From an uncultured bacterium (GTDB lineage: Bacteria > Chloroflexota > UBA5177 > JANWHV01), in the NCBI GenBank assembly GCA_963729625.1, contig CAVSOU010000010.1:1280001-1344000 (forward strand): a stretch of DNA of 64,000 nucleotides, read 5' to 3'. Below the pieces are notes generated by a model, which saw nothing but the letters and a program-made list of their open reading frames with translations, ran no database searches and was not told the DNA's origin. The first letter of the stretch is position 1, and each line of letters starts with the position of its first letter. Below are positions 61,473 through 64,000 of the stretch, piece after piece. The translations under genes were made by a program, and so were the position numbers.

Positions 61473-62282
61473 TCATTTCATGAAGCTGTCATCAAGGGGC
61501 TGGCCATCGACGACGGCCGAATCCCCTCCGTCGAAGGTCCGAGACCCGCGGACAGTTCGGGCCCGAAGCTGCAGGTTCTTGAAGAAATCGGTGTCGGCAA
61601 TCTCGGCCACCTGTTTAGCTTGGAGTGCAGGGTCGATTTCTATACGGAGCTCGCGCACCTGTTGCTTGAGCGCCTCCTCCCGGGCCTGCACTTCGCGCGC
61701 CATCTGCTGAAACTTGCGGGCAAGATGTCCCAATGAGTCAGTTCGCTGGGTTACTTCCTGCAGCGCTTCAGGGCGGAACGTGCCGACTTCAAGATCGTGG
61801 GCCGCAGCGGTGATCATTTCGACCATGCGAATATACTCGTAGTCCTCCGTCCGATCCGAATTGGTGCCCCGCAGGCGCTCGCACAGCACTTTGATCACGC
61901 CTTCAGCCACCTCACTGCGCTCGCTGAGCAGATGGCGAAATGCCGTGCTACTGAGCCGGTACAGCCGGCAGGCGGTGGCGGCTACTGCGGTGGCACTCCG
62001 TGTCTGCGAATCCAGTACCGCCATTTCACCAAATACTTCGCCCGGATAGTGGTGATCAAGCAGCAGGGGACCGTCGAAGATGCCGACTTTGCCGTCGACG
62101 ATGATATAGAGTGCGTCACCCATCTCACCCTTGGCGAAAATGGTCCGGCCGGCTTCGATGGCCACCGCAGTGAGGGCCTCTGCAACTTCGAGAAGCACGT
62201 GTTCGGGAGTGCCCGCCAGGATACCAATGCCGCGCAAGCAGGTCAATCGTTCTTCGATGTTCTTCAAGTGTTTCGCCCCCAT
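61473..62282 (-). CDS. Cyclic-nucleotide-binding domain + HAMP-like segment + coiled-coil tail
   Basis: IFAKGEMGDALYII, FGEMAVLD..RSATA, RTDSLGHLARKFQQMAREV, LKQQVRELRIEID. Confidence 0.82.
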   Translation of the reverse strand: MGAKHLKNIEERLTCLRGIGILAGTPEHVLLEVAEALTAVAIEAGRTIFAKGEMGDALYIIVDGKVGIFDGPLLLDHHYPGEVFGEMAVLDSQTRSATAVAATACRLYRLSSTAFRHLLSERSEVAEGVIKVLCERLRGTNSDRTEDYEYIRMVEMITAAAHDLEVGTFRPEALQEVTQRTDSLGHLARKFQQMAREVQAREEALKQQVRELRIEIDPALQAKQVAEIADTDFFKNLQLRARTVRGSRTFDGGDSAVVDGQPLDDSFMK

Positions 62283-62623
62283 CGTGCGACTAGCATGCGT
62301 GAGATTGGTAGTGCAGGGAAGCAACATTCCTTGTTGGGCTTCTCGATCGTAAACAACGAAGAACCGCCCCTTTCTCCAATCTATACTGCCAAGCCCAAGA
62401 AGCAAAGGGGTCGCTGCGAGCCGCGATTGCTCACCAGCGACTCCAGAGCCACGGGCGGGCACTGCAGACATGCAGCGTGAGCCTTCGTCGCCTAGCGGCT
62501 AGCTTTGGCAGACCGTTGGGAGAGCCCCACTGTGATAGTCAGCTAATTCGACAAGATGTATTATTGCGCAGCAAGAAGAACTCTGCCTATTCGACAGGCC
62601 TCCCTGTGATGAGGAGTTGTGCT

Positions 62624-64000
62624 ATGTATCGACGGCCGCGCGCCCTACTCGCGATTTCCGTGCTTCTGCTGGCGACTGCACCTGCGTCGCGTGTCTCCCA
62701 AATCGCCTTGGCACACTCGGACCAGGCATCGAAGTCGCCTGCGAGCCCGACGGCCCTGCTGAAGTTGAGCGTGCAGCCCCCCAAAGTCCAGGTCGGCCGT
62801 GACGTTTCGCTTCAGATCCGTATCACTGATGCCACCGGCAAGCCCGTGACGCGGGTCTTGGTCACCATCATGGGCGCCGGTCGCCCGGGCGCTGGCACGG
62901 CGAGCTCCGGCACACTCGTCTTTGCCGTGCATGCCGCATCGCTAGGCACGATCGTCGTGCAAGCTACCCACGCAGGTTTCGCACCCGCCACCGTGAAGCT
63001 GCCCATTATCTCAGGCTCTCCAGCCACCGTCGTCGCAATCAAGTCCGGGCTAAGAGTCCTGGCGCCCCACGCCAAACCGCAATCCGGCAAAGTGGGCACC
63101 GACCTTTTCGACCTCTATCATGGCGTTACCGCCAAGAGCCAGTACGCGTCGCTGGCGCTGCGCGACGGAACCTTGATGGACCTGAACGCGAGCACGGACG
63201 TAGTGATCCACGACCCCCTGCACACCACGCTTACGAACGGCGAACTCTTCCTGGAGGTCGTGCACGGCGCGGCGAGCCACCAGATTCAGGTTGGTAATGC
63301 AGTAGCCGCTACCAAGGGGACACGCCTCGACGTCAAGGGAAACTCCAAGACGAAGACGTGGGTAGTGACGGTGATTGAAGGGCAGGTCCAGGTGACCAAT
63401 GTTAAGGTAAAGGGGGCGCCGAGCACGATCCTTGTTGGGTCGGGGCAACAAAGCACCGTAGTCGGGAACCGCCCACCAAGCCCACCAGCGCAGGTGAACG
63501 TGAGCAAGGTGATAGTGTGGGTGAAGAATGTGCCTAACACCAATGCGACCACCGTTCCCCCGGTGCTCAACCTTCCCCTGCCACAATATGTACCTCCCGT
63601 TGTGGCTCCTCCGGCGGCCAGCTCGCCGGCGATCACCATCACCGGCACGCTGTCGACCAGCACCTGGACCGCAGGGGACGGCCCCTATCTCCTGAATGGC
63701 GGAGTGACCGTGCCGGCAGGGGCGGCACTGACCATCGCCCCCGGCACCACCGTGGAGATGGGCCCCTACGCCTACCTGGATGTGCTCGGCACGCTCACCG
63801 CCCGCGGCACCGACGCCACGCCCATCATCTTCACCAGCGCCGCGGCACAGCCCAAGCCGGGCGACTGGCAGTACATCCGTTTCGACGGCGCCCGGGCCGT
63901 CCGCAGCGTGTTCGACCACGTGCAGGTCTTCTACGGCAGCAGCAATGGCGGCGCCTCAGGCATGCTCTCGCTCACGGGTGGGGCCAATCTGACCATCAGC
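62624..64000 (+). CDS. Secreted Ig-like + FecR + beta-helix protein, paralogue C (runs off window end)
   Basis: Not in the ORF track because it has no stop in the window. GAGGAG RBS and ATG 62624. Reads KLSVQPPKVQVGRDV, LRDGTLMDL, KGTRLDV, PIIFTSAAAQPKPGDWQY, collinear with A and B. Confidence 0.87.
   Translation, partial: MYRRPRALLAISVLLLATAPASRVSQIALAHSDQASKSPASPTALLKLSVQPPKVQVGRDVSLQIRITDATGKPVTRVLVTIMGAGRPGAGTASSGTLVFAVHAASLGTIVVQATHAGFAPATVKLPIISGSPATVVAIKSGLRVLAPHAKPQSGKVGTDLFDLYHGVTAKSQYASLALRDGTLMDLNASTDVVIHDPLHTTLTNGELFLEVVHGAASHQIQVGNAVAATKGTRLDVKGNSKTKTWVVTVIEGQVQVTNVKVKGAPSTILVGSGQQSTVVGNRPPSPPAQVNVSKVIVWVKNVPNTNATTVPPVLNLPLPQYVPPVVAPPAASSPAITITGTLSTSTWTAGDGPYLLNGGVTVPAGAALTIAPGTTVEMGPYAYLDVLGTLTARGTDATPIIFTSAAAQPKPGDWQYIRFDGARAVRSVFDHVQVFYGSSNGGASGMLSLTGGANLTIS

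Overview
High-GC bacterial chromosomal window. The Thr/Pro-rich secreted proteins, receptor Ser/Thr kinases and secreted FecR proteins suggest a Chloroflexota-like soil organism (inference). From left to right: (1) an uncharacterised co-oriented locus (<1-11086) with at least two tandem paralogous beta-strand-repeat proteins, two giant hypothetical proteins (1570 and ~1315 aa, the first with a twin-arginine-like leader) and a secreted Thr/Pro-stalk protein, which is the best candidate for an undescribed system; (2) a decaying accessory stretch with an intact IS1380-family element (16-bp IRs, CTAG duplication), ferritin, regulator pseudogenes, a candidate RAPP arrest peptide, an FAD oxidase and SnoaL/ABM-like genes; (3) membrane and sugar-nucleotide genes (DUF2079-like, SPFH, Gfo/Idh/MocA, kinase-pyrophosphorylase fusion, GalU-like, ManD/RspA-like enolase) preceded by a mosaic of three gene fragments; (4) a minus-strand signalling cluster (PAS-adenylate cyclase, kinase with a 7-blade Cys propeller, His-repeat protein, Kelch pseudokinase, Met-rich protein, PAS, MBL hydrolase); (5) three paralogous secreted FecR + beta-helix proteins, a USP and a GH99-like protein lacking its catalytic glutamates; (6) an icfG-like partner-switching/glgX cluster extended by a cNMP-HAMP protein and a MinD/ParA ATPase. 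No rRNA, complete tRNA or CRISPR array was seen. All family calls come from motif recognition by eye; no database was searched.
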